This document shows, piece by piece, positions 39,973 through 50,222 of a DNA stretch of 64,000 nt; the first letter of the stretch is position 1, and every line of letters starts with the position of its first letter. The position numbers and the translations under genes were made by a program. Under the pieces are notes generated by a model, which was not told the origin of the DNA, made no database searches, and was given only the letters and a program-made list of their open reading frames with translations. Origin of the DNA: an uncultured Actinomycetota bacterium. GTDB taxonomy: Bacteria > Actinomycetota > Actinomycetes > Frankiales > Frankiaceae. Location of the stretch: the NCBI GenBank assembly GCA_963762695.1, contig CAVXLW010000002.1, positions 1,853 to 65,852 of the forward strand, given 5' to 3'.

Positions 39973-41000
39973 TCACGGTGCCTGGTCGGCGGCCGGGACA
40001 ACTGTGCGGCCTCCGGCTCGGCGGGTGCTCGGCTCCTCGCTCGCGGTGCGGCCGGTGAGGCTGAGGAAGACGTCGTCCAGGCTCGGCCGGCGCAACTCCA
40101 GGGCAAGGATCGGAAGGCACGCCGCGTCGAGCCGGCGGACGAGCTCGGTCAGCAGCGCCGGGCCCTCCTGGCCGGCGGGAACCGCGAGCGAGCCGTCGAT
40201 TCGTCGTCGCGATGGGCCTCCCCGTGGCCGAGAGCCGGCGAGCGCGGTAAGCGCCTCGCTCGACCTGCTCGGGCGCCACCTGGACGGCGAGCACGTCGCC
40301 GCCGATGGAGTCCTTCAGCTCCTGGCTGGTGCCGCGGGCGATGACGCGTGCCGTGGTCGAGCACCACGATGGCGTCGGCGAGCTGATCGGCCTCCTCGAG
40401 GTACTGGGTGGTCAGCAGCACGGACGCGCCGTCGCTCACCAGGTCTCGGATGAAGTCCCACAGCTCGGCGCGGCTGCGCGGGTCGAGGCCGGTGGTCGGC
40501 TCGTCCAGCAGCAGCACCTTCGGCTGGGCGACGAGGCTCGCCCCGAGGTCGAGGCGGCGCCGCATGCCGCCGGAGTACGTGCGCACCGGGCGGTCGGCGG
40601 CATCGGACAGGCGCAGCCGCTCGAGGACGTCACCCGCCCGCCGGCGGGCCTGCTTGGTGCCGAGGTGATACAGGCGTCCGACCATCTCGACGTTTTCGCG
40701 GCCGGTCAGATTCTCGTCGACGGCCGCGAACTGGCCGGCGAGCCCGATCACCTTGCGCACCTCGGCGGGCGAGCGCACGACATCGATCCCTTCGATCTCG
40801 GCGCGTCCCCTGTCGGGCGGAATCAACGTGGTCAACACCCGGACCGCGGTCGTCTTGCCGGATCCGTTGGGACCGAGCAGGCCGAGCACCTGACCTCGCG
40901 GGACTTCGAGGCTGATGCCGCGTAAGGCCTGCACCTGCTTGGGCGGCTTGCCGAACGCCTTCCAGACGTCGTCGACGAGCACTGCCGTCGAACTACTCAC
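39973..41000 (-). pseudogene. ABC transporter ATP-binding protein (DrrA-like), frameshifted in the C-terminal third
   Basis: ORF 40149..41000 carries GPNGSGKTT, LSGGMRRRLDLGASLV, LLLDEPTTGLDP and LTTQYLEEADQLADAIVVLDHG. The remainder is in other frames: VLAVQVAPEQVE; IDGSLAVPAGQEGPALLTELVRRLDAACLPILALELRRPSLDDVFLSLTGR. Stop TGA 39973-39975. Confidence 0.8.
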
Positions 41001-41129
41001 CTGAGCTCCTTTGACCGGTGCCGGCGGTGGGCCCGGCGGGTGCCGGGTTGCTGCCGGGATTGCGCGGAATGGGCAGGTTGTTGCGAGGTTCTCAGGACGT
41101 GACGCCGCGAGGCGACCGAATTAATCGCC

Positions 41130-41869
41130 TCACGCCAGCCGGTCGAGAAAGATGTCGAGCGACTCCCGGGTGCTTTCGCGCTGCTGCTCGAGCAGGTGCG
41201 CGGTGCCCCGGTAGCCGCCGCCGGCCGCGAGCGCTGCGAGCGGGCGTGCCGATCAAGCCCAGTTCGAGCGAGCTCTCCACGAGGCCGCCGATTCCCAGTC
41301 CGAGGCCCACGACGGCCGGGATGCCGACCAGGAAGCCCAGCAGCTGGCTGCGGTAGCTGGGAGATGTCGGCCGTGAGCGTCACCCGGCTGTCATCGAGCC
41401 CGATCGGCTGCACGTCCACCTTGATCCGGTTCACGTCCTTGAGCATCAGCGCGCCGCGAAAGTCCAGCCGGCGGCGCAGATCGGCGAACATGCCGCTGCG
41501 CGGCACCCACTCGCCGCCCAGCCCGTTGCGCCGTCCCCGCAGGAACAGGTGGCGGCTGAGCGCGGTATCGAGGACGTCAGCCACCCGCTCGGACGGGATC
41601 GGGAGCCGGCGGGCGACGGCGGCCGTCGGGTCCATCGCCGAGCGCGGCATCGGCGCCGGAAGCGTGATCCCGTGCTCGAGGCTCCCGCGGCGCCACTCCG
41701 ACAACGCCTGCCCGGCCGCGTCTTTCGAGACGCCGGCCTCCTGCAGCACGGCGAGCACGGCGTCCTCGTCGAGCATGGCCGCGTCCGGATGCCCGGCGCC
41801 CGCCAGGTGCAATTCGGCCGCGCGTTTCACGACAAGGGCCAGGTCATCCTGGGAAAGCCGCCTTGCCAT
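41130..41869 (-). pseudogene. Hypothetical membrane protein, frameshifted
   Basis: The N-terminal 170 aa or so lie in ORF 40997..41869 (MARRLSQDDLALVVKRAAELH..). The TM segment QLLGFLVGIPAVVGLGLGIGGLVES lies in ORF 41092..41310. The tail RPLAALAAGGGYRGTAHLLEQQRESTRESLDIFLDRLA-stop (41130-41132) is in the third frame. No family recognised. Confidence 0.5.
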
Positions 41870-41899
41870 GGGTCCAGGATAGGCGCCTTCAGCGCGCGT

Positions 41900-42058
41900 T
41901 CAGGGTGTGAGCGGGAGCGGCAGGGGCACGCGTCGCCCGCATCCCGGGCAGACGGCGACATCGATTCCCTGCTCCTCGTCGGACGCGGCGAACCGGCTCA
42001 GCGCGATCGCGCCGCCGCACCACGGGCAGCTGATTTCCGGCGCCTGCGGAATCTGCAT
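41900..42058 (-). CDS. Small zinc-ribbon protein, 52 aa
   Basis: Within ORF 41900..42127. ATG 42058 is preceded by GGAGG with a 7-nt spacer. Sequence MQIPQAPEISCPWCGGAIALSRFAASDEEQGIDVAVCPGCGRRVPLPLPLTP (CxxC..CxxC). About 85% G/C at third positions. It is the first gene of the minus-strand operon ending at 39193. Confidence 0.5.
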   Translation of the reverse strand: MQIPQAPEISCPWCGGAIALSRFAASDEEQGIDVAVCPGCGRRVPLPLPLTP

Positions 42059-42137
42059 CGGCGAGCCTCCAGTCCGTATGCGGGGTCCTGTCCGCGTTGC
42101 TGCGATCATCGGCGGCGTGCCGGCCACCGAAGCTGCT

Positions 42138-43541
42138 GTGAATGCTGACGTCCTGATGGCCCTGCAGTTCTGGCCGCGCGGCGGTTCGGCGCAGGTGGTC
42201 CGCTACCTCGCTCCCGAGATCGTGCGGGCCGGCTGGCCGCTTTCGCTGGTGACCGGTTCGCTGGGCCGGCCGGGGGATGACGGTTACGCGCCGGAATTCT
42301 TCGCGCCCTTGCCCGTCACGGCCGTCGACTACACCGCAGCGATGGATTCCTGGCGTTCCGGGGGCGATCCTTTCGCTGCCGACACCCCGCTGCACCCGTC
42401 CTACGAGGACCGGGAGGGTGCGCCCGACCGGGTGTACGCGAGCGTGGACGACGCCGATTTCGAACGCCAGGTGGCCGCCTGGTCGCGGGGGCTCGCCCGG
42501 GGCGGGCTGGAGTCGGCTCGCGTCGCACATCTGCATCACCTGACCCCGATCAGCGAAGCCGTCCACCGACTGCGCCCCGAGTTGCCCGTCGTGGTCTCGC
42601 TGCACGGCACCGAGATGAACATGATCGAGGCGATCGAGCGCGGCGATTCGGCGGCGGCGGGCTGGGATCACGCGCAGCAGTGGGCGGCGCGGATGCGGGC
42701 CTGGGCGGCACAGGCCGGCCGGGTCATCGTGGACTCGCCGACCGACAAGGCCCGCACTCTCGCGCTGTTCGACGTCGCCGCCGAGCACATCACCATCGAG
42801 GCGCCCGGCGTCGACCAGGAGCGCTTCCGCCCGCAGCACCCGACACCCGATGAGCGGGTGGCGTTGCTACGCACGTGGCTGGTCGACGAGCCGCGGGGCT
42901 GGGACGAGTCGGGCGTGCCGGGTTCGGTGCGCTACACCGAGGCCGACCTGGCGCCGTTCGCCGAACCCGGACTGCCGTTGCTCATCTTCGTCGGCCGCTT
43001 CACCGAGCAGAAGCGCTTGCCCTTGCTGCTGCGGGCTTATGCCCGGGCGCGGCGCGAGCACGGAGTTCGCGCGCCGCTGCTGGTCTGGGGAGGCTTTCCG
43101 GGCGAGTTCGAGGGCGAGCACCCGGTCACGGTCGTGCGCTCGGAAGGCATCGACGGGGTCTTCTTCACCGGCTGGCACGGGCACGAGGAACTGCCGACCG
43201 GGCTGGGGTGCGCCGACGTCTTCGTGTCGCCGTCGGTCGGTGAGGCCTTCGGGCAGGTGTTCATCGAGGCGATGGCCTGTGGGGTGCCGGTGATCGCGGC
43301 GGCCTCGGGAGGTCCGCTGTCGTTCGTGAACGACGTCCCGGGGGCGCCCAACGGCTGGCTCGTCGAGCCGGACGACGAGGGCTCGCTCGCACGGGCGCTG
43401 GCCGATTCGACCACCGGTCCCGGGGCAGCGGCCGAGCGGGCATCGCGGGCGGCGAACGGCTTGGAGCAGGTGCGGGCCCGGTTCTCCTGGTCGGCGGCGG
43501 CACGTCAAGTTGTGGGGCTCTACGAGGAGGTGGCCCGATGA
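42138..43541 (+). CDS. Glycosyltransferase family 4 (GT-B, group 1)
   Basis: Within ORF 41907..43541. The start is uncertain (GTG 42138 chosen; ATG 42078 or 42156 possible). Sequence RGGSAQVVRYLAPEI, LLIFVGRFTEQKRLPLLL, and E-x7-E region VSPSVGEAFGQVFIEAMACGVPVIAAASGG. Confidence 0.8.
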   Translation: MNADVLMALQFWPRGGSAQVVRYLAPEIVRAGWPLSLVTGSLGRPGDDGYAPEFFAPLPVTAVDYTAAMDSWRSGGDPFAADTPLHPSYEDREGAPDRVYASVDDADFERQVAAWSRGLARGGLESARVAHLHHLTPISEAVHRLRPELPVVVSLHGTEMNMIEAIERGDSAAAGWDHAQQWAARMRAWAAQAGRVIVDSPTDKARTLALFDVAAEHITIEAPGVDQERFRPQHPTPDERVALLRTWLVDEPRGWDESGVPGSVRYTEADLAPFAEPGLPLLIFVGRFTEQKRLPLLLRAYARARREHGVRAPLLVWGGFPGEFEGEHPVTVVRSEGIDGVFFTGWHGHEELPTGLGCADVFVSPSVGEAFGQVFIEAMACGVPVIAAASGGPLSFVNDVPGAPNGWLVEPDDEGSLARALADSTTGPGAAAERASRAANGLEQVRARFSWSAAARQVVGLYEEVAR

Positions 43542-44434
43542 TCGCCCAGGCTCCGAGCGGCCGGCAGGTCGAGATGCGCCACGGGGAGCAGCGTGCCGTC
43601 ATCGTCGAGAACGGGGGCGGCCTGCGCGTCTACGAGGCCGATGGCCGCGCCGTGCTCGACGGCTACGGGGAAGGCGACCTGGCCGGCGGCGGTCGCGGGC
43701 AGGTGCTCTTCCCGTGGCCCAACCGGCTCGAAGGGGGCCGCTGGGAGGACGAGGGCGAAAGCCGTCAGCTGCCGCTGTCCGAAGCCGGCGCCGGCAACGC
43801 GATCCACGGGCTGGTGCGCTGGGCGGGCTGGGACGTCAAGCGGGACGGTGAGGCGGCGGCGACCGCGACCCACACCCTCATGCCGCAGCCGGGCTACCCG
43901 TTCCGGTTGGAGTGCCGGATCGACTACCGGCTGAGCTCGGGCGGCTTGACCGTGACGACGACCGTGCGCAACGACTCGCCCCGGCAGGCCCCGTTCGGAC
44001 TCGGCTTCCACCCGTACCTGGCGGCGGGGGACGGCCTGGTCGACGCGCTGGAGCTGACGGTTCCGGCCGAGACCCGGCTCCTGCTGAAGGGCGGGATCCC
44101 GGTCGGGCGCGAGCCCGTCGCCGGCAGCGCCATGGATTTCCGCGCGGGCCGGCTGATCGGTGACGCCGTGCTCGACGACGCCTTCACCGACGTCCAGCGC
44201 GGCGCCGGCGAACTGGCGCGCGTCTCCGTCGGGCATGCCCACCTCTGGGCCGGGCCCGGCTTCGACTACCTGCAGGTCTTCACCGGCGACACGCTCTCGC
44301 CGGGTACTCGCCGCCGCGGGCTCGCCGTCGAACCCATGACCTGCCCCCCGAACGCCCTCGCCACCGGCGAAGGCCTCATCCGCCTCGACCCCGCCGCCTC
44401 CGTGGAACTCTCCTGGGGCATCGAACCCGCCTGA
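43538..44434 (+). CDS. Aldose 1-epimerase family protein
   Basis: 298-aa ORF whose ATG overlaps the GT4 stop (ATGA 43538-43541). Sequence GGGRGQVLFPWPNRLEGG, NAIHGLVRW, PFGLGFHPYL, LAVEPMTCPPNA. Confidence 0.8.
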   Translation: MIAQAPSGRQVEMRHGEQRAVIVENGGGLRVYEADGRAVLDGYGEGDLAGGGRGQVLFPWPNRLEGGRWEDEGESRQLPLSEAGAGNAIHGLVRWAGWDVKRDGEAAATATHTLMPQPGYPFRLECRIDYRLSSGGLTVTTTVRNDSPRQAPFGLGFHPYLAAGDGLVDALELTVPAETRLLLKGGIPVGREPVAGSAMDFRAGRLIGDAVLDDAFTDVQRGAGELARVSVGHAHLWAGPGFDYLQVFTGDTLSPGTRRRGLAVEPMTCPPNALATGEGLIRLDPAASVELSWGIEPA

Positions 44435-44440
44435 GTTCAA

Positions 44441-44511
44441 GATCAACGCGCCCATGATCATGGTTTGGGGCCTCTCAAACGGCTGAGAGCATGATCATGG
44501 GCGCGTTGATC
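44441..44511. terminator. Perfect 22-bp inverted repeat with a nested hairpin, between convergent genes
   Basis: GATCAACGCGCCCATGATCATG (44441-44462) pairs with CATGATCATGGGCGCGTTGATC (44490-44511). The 27-nt spacer contains CTCTCA-aacggc-TGAGAG (44472-44489). Each arm ends in the self-complementary CATGATCATG. The right arm overlaps the methyltransferase stop (44510-44512). Confidence 0.5.
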
Positions 44512-46018
44512 ATGGGGCGAGGGTGAGGTGGCCGGTCTCGACGAGGTGGGCGGCGACGCGGTGGATCTGGGCGGGGTCGATCCCCGACGCGACGGCGAGC
44601 AGTTCGGCGACGGTCTCCAGCGGGAGCCGGCCGTCGCACCCGGCCAGCAGGGCTGACGTGATCGGGTCGATGCCGACCGTCTCCGGCAGTGCCGTCGGGC
44701 AGACGACGCGGCGTGCACTCAGCTCCCAGCCGGCGTCGTCGCGTTCGGACTCCTCCACGAGCCGGGCGCCCGGATTCACGGTCAGCCGCGAGCTCAGCAG
44801 ATCGCGATCGTCGCCGACGCGATCGAGCCAGCCGCCGATACGAAAACCACTCGGGCTCGAGGCCTCGGCGCGCAGGTCGAGCAGCCGGGTCCGGGGCTGC
44901 GCATCGGTGCGGCGCAGCACGACCATGCCGTACGCGATCGCGTCGGCCCCCAGGGCGGCCAGGTGGGCGAGCCAGCGCAGCGCGCGTTGCGTCGCCTGCG
45001 GTTCGGGCTCGTCGTCGTCGCGCCAGAGCGCCACATGCTCAGCCGGATCGAGCACCTCCCGCAGCAGCACCAGGGCGTCGCAGCCGGAGGGCAGCATCTG
45101 CGCCGGGCGCGATTGCCAGTCGCCGCTCGCGTCGATCACCCAGGAGGTGAGCACCTGAGCGACCCCGCCCGGGGCCAGCACCTGCGCGGCTTCGCCGAGC
45201 AGCCGGGTCAGCCCGCCGTCGGCACCGGCCGCGTCGCGATAGGTCAGCGGATCACTGCCGGCAGGCGCGAGCACGAACGGCGGATTGCTGACGACCAGAT
45301 CGAACTGCCGGCCGGCCACCGGCGCCAGCAGGTCGCCGCACAGCAGCTCGACGGCATCCGGGGCCAGGCCGCTGAGGGCGAAGGAGAGCCGGGCCATCGC
45401 GACCGCCCGCGGAACCGAGTCGGTGGCCGTGACGCTCCGGCAATGGCGTAGCAGATGAAGGGCCTGGATGCCGCCGCCGGTCCCTACGTCCAGCGCCGCG
45501 CCCACGTCACGGCGAACGGTCGCGGCGAGCAGCGTGGTGGAGGCGGCGCCGATCCCGATGACATGGTCGGTGGGCGGGGGATGGCGGCGGGCGATGTCCG
45601 ACGCGAGCCACCAGTCGTCCTCGTGGGGGCGCAGGTCCAGCGCGGCGCGCACGCGGCCGGGCCCGCATGCTTCGAGCACTGCCGGCGGGAGGAACGCGGC
45701 GAGCGGCGCGGGCTCCTCCTGGCCGAGCAGGAACAGCCGGATGCAGACCTCGAGCGGCCCGTCTCCGGAAGCGGCAGCCAGCGCCGGGACCGGATCACCG
45801 CGTCCCATCGCCGCCGTCGCCAGCGGGCCGAGAGCCGCATCCACCCCGTCGACGGTGTAGCCGGTCTCGCGAAAGAGCGCGCGCAGGCCGGCGGCGAACG
45901 GCAGCAGCCGGTCCGGGTGAACGCTCACCCGGACCAGCTTGCCCTGCGCCTTCAGCTTCCGGACGCCGCCGCCGGGTATCAGCCGCCATCGGACTTCGGT
46001 CCTGGTACCGCCGCACAC
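44510..46018 (-). CDS. Class I SAM-dependent methyltransferase (NPPF-motif, N5-glutamine/N6-adenine MTase-like core)
   Basis: 502-aa ORF. SAM motif ALDVGTGGGIQAL, catalytic FDLVVSNPPF, and long N- and C-terminal extensions. The alternative start GTG 45928 would leave a more realistic divergent intergenic region. Confidence 0.7.
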   Translation of the reverse strand: MCGGTRTEVRWRLIPGGGVRKLKAQGKLVRVSVHPDRLLPFAAGLRALFRETGYTVDGVDAALGPLATAAMGRGDPVPALAAASGDGPLEVCIRLFLLGQEEPAPLAAFLPPAVLEACGPGRVRAALDLRPHEDDWWLASDIARRHPPPTDHVIGIGAASTTLLAATVRRDVGAALDVGTGGGIQALHLLRHCRSVTATDSVPRAVAMARLSFALSGLAPDAVELLCGDLLAPVAGRQFDLVVSNPPFVLAPAGSDPLTYRDAAGADGGLTRLLGEAAQVLAPGGVAQVLTSWVIDASGDWQSRPAQMLPSGCDALVLLREVLDPAEHVALWRDDDEPEPQATQRALRWLAHLAALGADAIAYGMVVLRRTDAQPRTRLLDLRAEASSPSGFRIGGWLDRVGDDRDLLSSRLTVNPGARLVEESERDDAGWELSARRVVCPTALPETVGIDPITSALLAGCDGRLPLETVAELLAVASGIDPAQIHRVAAHLVETGHLTLAP

Positions 46019-46049
46019 GATCCGCGTCGCTTACGGCACCATCGGGGCT

Positions 46050-47298
46050 GTGCGATCCACCGGTGCGCTGTCGCGTCGGCAGGCCCGCCGGGTCGCTCTG
46101 GCCGCTCAGGGTTTCGGCCGTTCCCGGCCCGCCCTGCCGACGGCGCGGCATCTGCGAGCGACCGTGGATCGCCTGCATCTATTGCAGATCGACTCGGTCA
46201 GCGCCCTCGTCCGCAGCCACTATCTGCCGCTGTTCAGCCGGCTCGGGTCCTACGACCGGGCAGCCCTCGACAAGCTCGCCTGGCCCGCGCGCGGAGAGCG
46301 GCACTTCTTCGAGACCTGGGCGCATGAGGCGTCACTGATGCCCGTCGACTACGAGCCCTTGCTGCGCTGGCGCAAGGCTCGGGCCCGCAACCACGAAGGC
46401 ATCTGGGGTGGACCGTCGCGGCTCGCCCGGGACCGGCCCGAGCTCGTCGCCGAACTGCTGGACCGGGTGCGGCGTGAGGGCCCGCTGTCGGCAAGCGAGG
46501 TGACCAAGCCACGCGAGAGGAACGCCCGGTCAGATGTGGGACTGGTCGGAAGAAAAGCGCGCACTCGAATGGCTTTTCGTCACCGGGCAGTTGCACGTCT
46601 CCTCGCGGCGTTCGTCGTTCGAACGGCTCTATGACGTCCCCGAGCGGGTGCTGCCCGCTGCCGTCCTCAACGCGCCGACGCCGCCGGAGGACGAGGCGCG
46701 CGCGCAGCTGCTCCTGCATGCCGCCGAGGCGCTCGGCGTCGCCACCCTCGGAGATCTGGCGGACTACTTCCGGATGACCGTTCCCACCGCGCGGCCGGTC
46801 GTCGCCGAGCTCGTGGCGGCCGGCGAGCTGGTGCCGACCTCGGTCGAGGGGTGGAAGCAGCCGGCGTACGTCAGAGCAGGGCTGGTGGTGCCCCGCCGGG
46901 TCGACGCCGGCGCGTTGCTCACCCCCTTCGATCCCGTCGTGTGGGAGCGCAGCCGGGCCGCGCGGCTCTTCGATTTCGACTACCGCATCGAGATCTACAC
47001 GCCGGCGCCCAAGCGGGTGTTCGGCTACTACGTCCTGCCGTTCCTGCTCGGTGACACGCTCGTCGCGCGGGTGGATCTGAAGGCCGACCGGGCTCGCGGC
47101 GTGCCGACGCTTCACGTGAAGGGAGCGTTCGCCGAGCCGGGTGTGGAGCACGCCGCGGTGGCTCCTGCGCTCGCGTCCGAACTGGCCGAGATGGCGCGCT
47201 GGCTGAACCTTGCCGACATCGCGGTGGATGAGCGCGGAGACCTGGCACGCGGGCTGCGGCGCGCGGTCGCCGCTACGGGTGGTCCATCATCAATGTGA
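46050..47298 (+). pseudogene. Winged-helix DNA glycosylase family protein (DUF1006, YcaQ-like), one frameshift
   Basis: GTG 46050 in ORF 45939..46634: RRQARRVALAAQGF..LHLLQIDSV (Q-I-D at 46185-46193)..FFETWAHEASLMP. The C-terminus lies in ORF 46534..47298: WDWSEEKRALEWLFVTGQL..FDPVVWERSRAARLFDFDYRIEIYTPAPKRVFGYYVLPFL. The junction is near 46530. Confidence 0.7.
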
Positions 47299-47506
47299 TT
47301 CCGACCACGTTCACCTTCCGGCAACCCCGGCAAATGTTCGATGGACCTGCACAGGGAGGACAAATCGTGGTTTCCGCCGCGAGGCGATCGCTCCAGGTGC
47401 CGCGCCATGCACACCTGACGCGATATGAACTGTTGGGCGGCGGAGACTGCTGTGAGCCGCCCGCCCGATCTCCCATGGCGGCGGATCGCTCGAGGAACGG
47501 AGACCC

Positions 47507-48329
47507 ATGGCCCTGACGACCCCGGAGCGAGGACGAGCCCCGGTCTCCCCGGCGCCCGAGCGCAGCAGGGTCCGCGCGGACGTCAAGGCGCGCACCTACC
47601 GCACCGACCGGTGGTGGGTTCCGCCGCTTGGTGCAGTTCCTGGGGCTGATGGCCTTCATCGTGTACGGCACGATCGCGGCGTTCCGTAACGGCCACTACT
47701 TCGTGTACTCGTACCTGTCGCCGTTCTACTCGCCGTGCCTGACGAACAAGTGCGTCGACCACTACACGCCCGAGTTCCTCGGCGGGTGGTGGCACTTCTC
47801 GCCGGCGTTCCTGATCCTGATCTTCCCGCTCGGCTTCCGCTTCACCTGCTACTACTACCGGAAGGCCTACTACCGGGCCTTCTGGCTGTCACCGCCGGCC
47901 TGCGCGGTGCCCGACGGCCACAAGAAGTACACCGGCGAGAGCCGCTTCCCGCTCCTGATCCAGAACATCCACCGCTACTTCTTCTACATCGCGGGGCTGT
48001 TCGCGATCCTGCTGACGTATGACCTCGGCCGGTCCTTCGACATCCACGGCCACTTCTTCATCGGCGTGGGCACCGCGGTCCTTGCCATCAACGTCGCGCT
48101 CATCTGGATCTACACGCTGTCGTGCCACTCCTGCCGCCACATCATCGGCGGCAAGCTGAAGTCGTTCAGCAAGCACCCGATGCGCTACGGCTATTGGAAG
48201 TTCGTCAGCAAGCTCAACGCCCGGCACATGCTCCTGGCGTGGCTGAGCCTGATCTGGATCGGCGTCGCCGATCTCTACATCTGGCTCGTCTCGAACGGGA
48301 CCATCACCGACTACCACTGGATCTCTTGA
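47507..48329 (+). pseudogene. Succinate dehydrogenase/fumarate reductase membrane anchor (single multi-TM cytochrome-b-type subunit), frameshift near the N-terminus
   Basis: ATG 47507 has GGAACGGAGA upstream and gives ..KARTYRTDRWWVPPL. The TM body is in ORF 47628..48329 (VQFLGLMAFIVYGT..HSCRHIIGG..). One extra G at 47630-47631 separates the two parts. The stop overlaps the next ATG (TGATG 48327-48331). Alternatively the gene is intact from GTG 47628. Confidence 0.6.
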
Positions 48330-50222
48330 TGAGCGAATCCTCGAACGTGCACACCGCCCCGATCCATGCGACGGCTGCTGAGGTTCACGACTACGACGTC
48401 ATCGTGATCGGGGCCGGCGGCGCCGGCTTGCGTGCCGCGATCGAGGCCCACGAGAGCGGCGCCCGTACGGCGATCGTCTGCAAGAGCCTGCTCGGCAAGG
48501 CCCACACCGTCATGGCCGAGGGCGGCGTGGCTGCCGCGATGGGCAACGTGTGGCCCGAGGACAACTGGCGCGTGCATTTCCGCGACACCATGCGCGGCGG
48601 GAAGATGCTCAACAACTGGCGCATGGCGCAGCTGCATGCCCAGGAGGCGCCGGACCGCGTCAGGAGCTCGAGGACTGGGGCGCGGCGTTCGACCGCACGC
48701 CCGACGGCCGCATCCTGCAGCGTGACTTCGGTGGCCACCGCTACGCGCGGCTCGCCCACGTCGGTGACCGCACCGGCCTGGAGATGATCCGGACCCTGCA
48801 GAACCGTGCTGTGGCGCTCGCGCATCGACGTCTTCATGGAGTGCACCGTCCTGCGCCTGCTGACCGAGGGCGGGCCAGCCGGGTAACCGGATTGCGGGTG
48901 CCTACGCGTACTGGCGCGAGTCGGGAACGTTCGTGCAGTTCATCGGCGCCTTCGGTGGTGCTCGCTACCGGCGGCATCGGCAAGTCCTACAAGGTGACGT
49001 CGAACTCCTGGGAGTACACCGGCGACGGCCAATCGCTCGCGATCGAGGCCGGCGCCGACCTGATGGACATGGAGTTCGTCCAGTTCCACCCGACGGGCAT
49101 GGTCTGGCCGCCGTCGGTGAAGGGAATCCTGGTCACCGAGGGTGTGCGCGGTGACGGCGGCGATCCTGTAGCAACAGCGAGGGCAAGCGCTTCATGTTCG
49201 ACTACATCCCCGAGGTGTTCGCCTCCGAGACGGCCGACACCGAGGAAGAAGGCGACCGCTGGTACACCGACAAGAAGACCGCGCGGCGCCCACCCGAGCT
49301 GCTGCCGCGTGACGAGGTCGCCCGGGCGATCAACTCCGAGATCAAGGCCGGCCGGGGATCCCCCCACGGCGGCGTTTTCCTCGACATCGCCTCGCGCCGG
49401 CCGGCGGAGTACATCGAGCGCCGACTGCCGTCGATGTACCACCAGTTCAAGGAGCTGGCGGACGTCGACATCACCGAAGGAGGCGATGGAGGTCGGGCCG
49501 ACCTGCCACTACGTGATGGGCGGCATCCGGGTCGACGCCGACACCGCAGCGACCACCCTTCCCGGGCTGTTCGCCGCCGGTGAGTGCGCGGCAGGCCTGC
49601 ACGGTTCCAACCGGCTCGGTGGTAACTCGCTGGGCGACCTGCTCGTCTTCGGCCGGCGAGCCGGCGGCGTCCGCCGCGGAGTACGCCCACGCGCTGCCGC
49701 CGGGCAAGCGGCCGAAGGTCGATGAAAAGCAGGTGAAGGCACCGTGGCCGCGGAGGCGCTCGCGCCGTTCGAGCGCGACCCGCGCCAACAACCCCTACAC
49801 GGTTCACGCGAAGCTGCAGAACACGATGAACGAGCTGGTCGGGATCATCCGGACCGAGGCGGAGCTCGAGCGGGCGCTCAAGGAACTCGCTGTGCTGCGC
49901 GAGGAGGCCGCTACGGTCGGTGTCGAGGGACACCGCCAGTTCAACCCCGGCTGGCACCTCGCGGTCGACTTGCGCAACATGATGCGCGTCTCGCGAGTGC
50001 ATCGCGACAGCTGCACTCGCTCGCCACGAGAGCCGCGGCGGCCACACCCGGGACGACTATCCGGCCCCGATCCTGAGGTGTTCGGAAAGATCAACCACGT
50101 TTTGCGCTTGCGCGGTGGTGAGCTGCAATTGCGAGCCGAGCCACTGCCGCAGATGCCTGATGACCTGCGGGTGTTGTTCGAAACGCCTCCTGCGCACAGC
50201 CGAGACGAAGGCGGATTCCTGA
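48329..50222 (+). pseudogene. sdhA: Succinate dehydrogenase/fumarate reductase flavoprotein subunit, multiply frameshifted
   Basis: ATG 48329. Fragments in three frames: YDVIVIGAGGAGLRAAIEA..SLLGKAHTVMAEGG; ELEDWGAAFDRTPDGRILQRDFGGHRYARLAHVGDRTGLEMIRTL; VVLATGGIGKSYKVTSNSWEYTGDG..DMEFVQFHPTGMVWPPSVKGILVTEGVRGDGG; MFDYIPEVF..PPELLPRDEVARAINSEIKAGRGSPHGGVFLDI..LPSMYHQFKELADVDIT; MEVGPTCHYVMGGIRVD..GLFAAGECAAGLHGSNRLGGNSLGDLLVFGRRAG; NPYTVHAKLQNTMNELVGIIRTEAEL. At least 8 frame changes. Stop taken as TGA 50220-50222. Confidence 0.8.

Noticed and set aside
41889-42839. A 316-aa minus ORF and the N-terminal extension (41907-42137) of the GT4 ORF.
   Set aside because: The minus ORF is antisense to a convincing GT4 gene. 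The extension has no GT-B features and overlaps the better-supported Zn-ribbon ORF (RBS, CxxC pairs).
47628-48329. Treating the Sdh/Frd anchor as an intact 233-aa gene starting at GTG 47628.
   Set aside because: This remains possible. However, the upstream frame has a good RBS and ATG (47507) and ends in ..TDRWWVPPL, which joins seamlessly to VQFLGLMAFIVY if one G is removed. I therefore favour a shifted longer gene.
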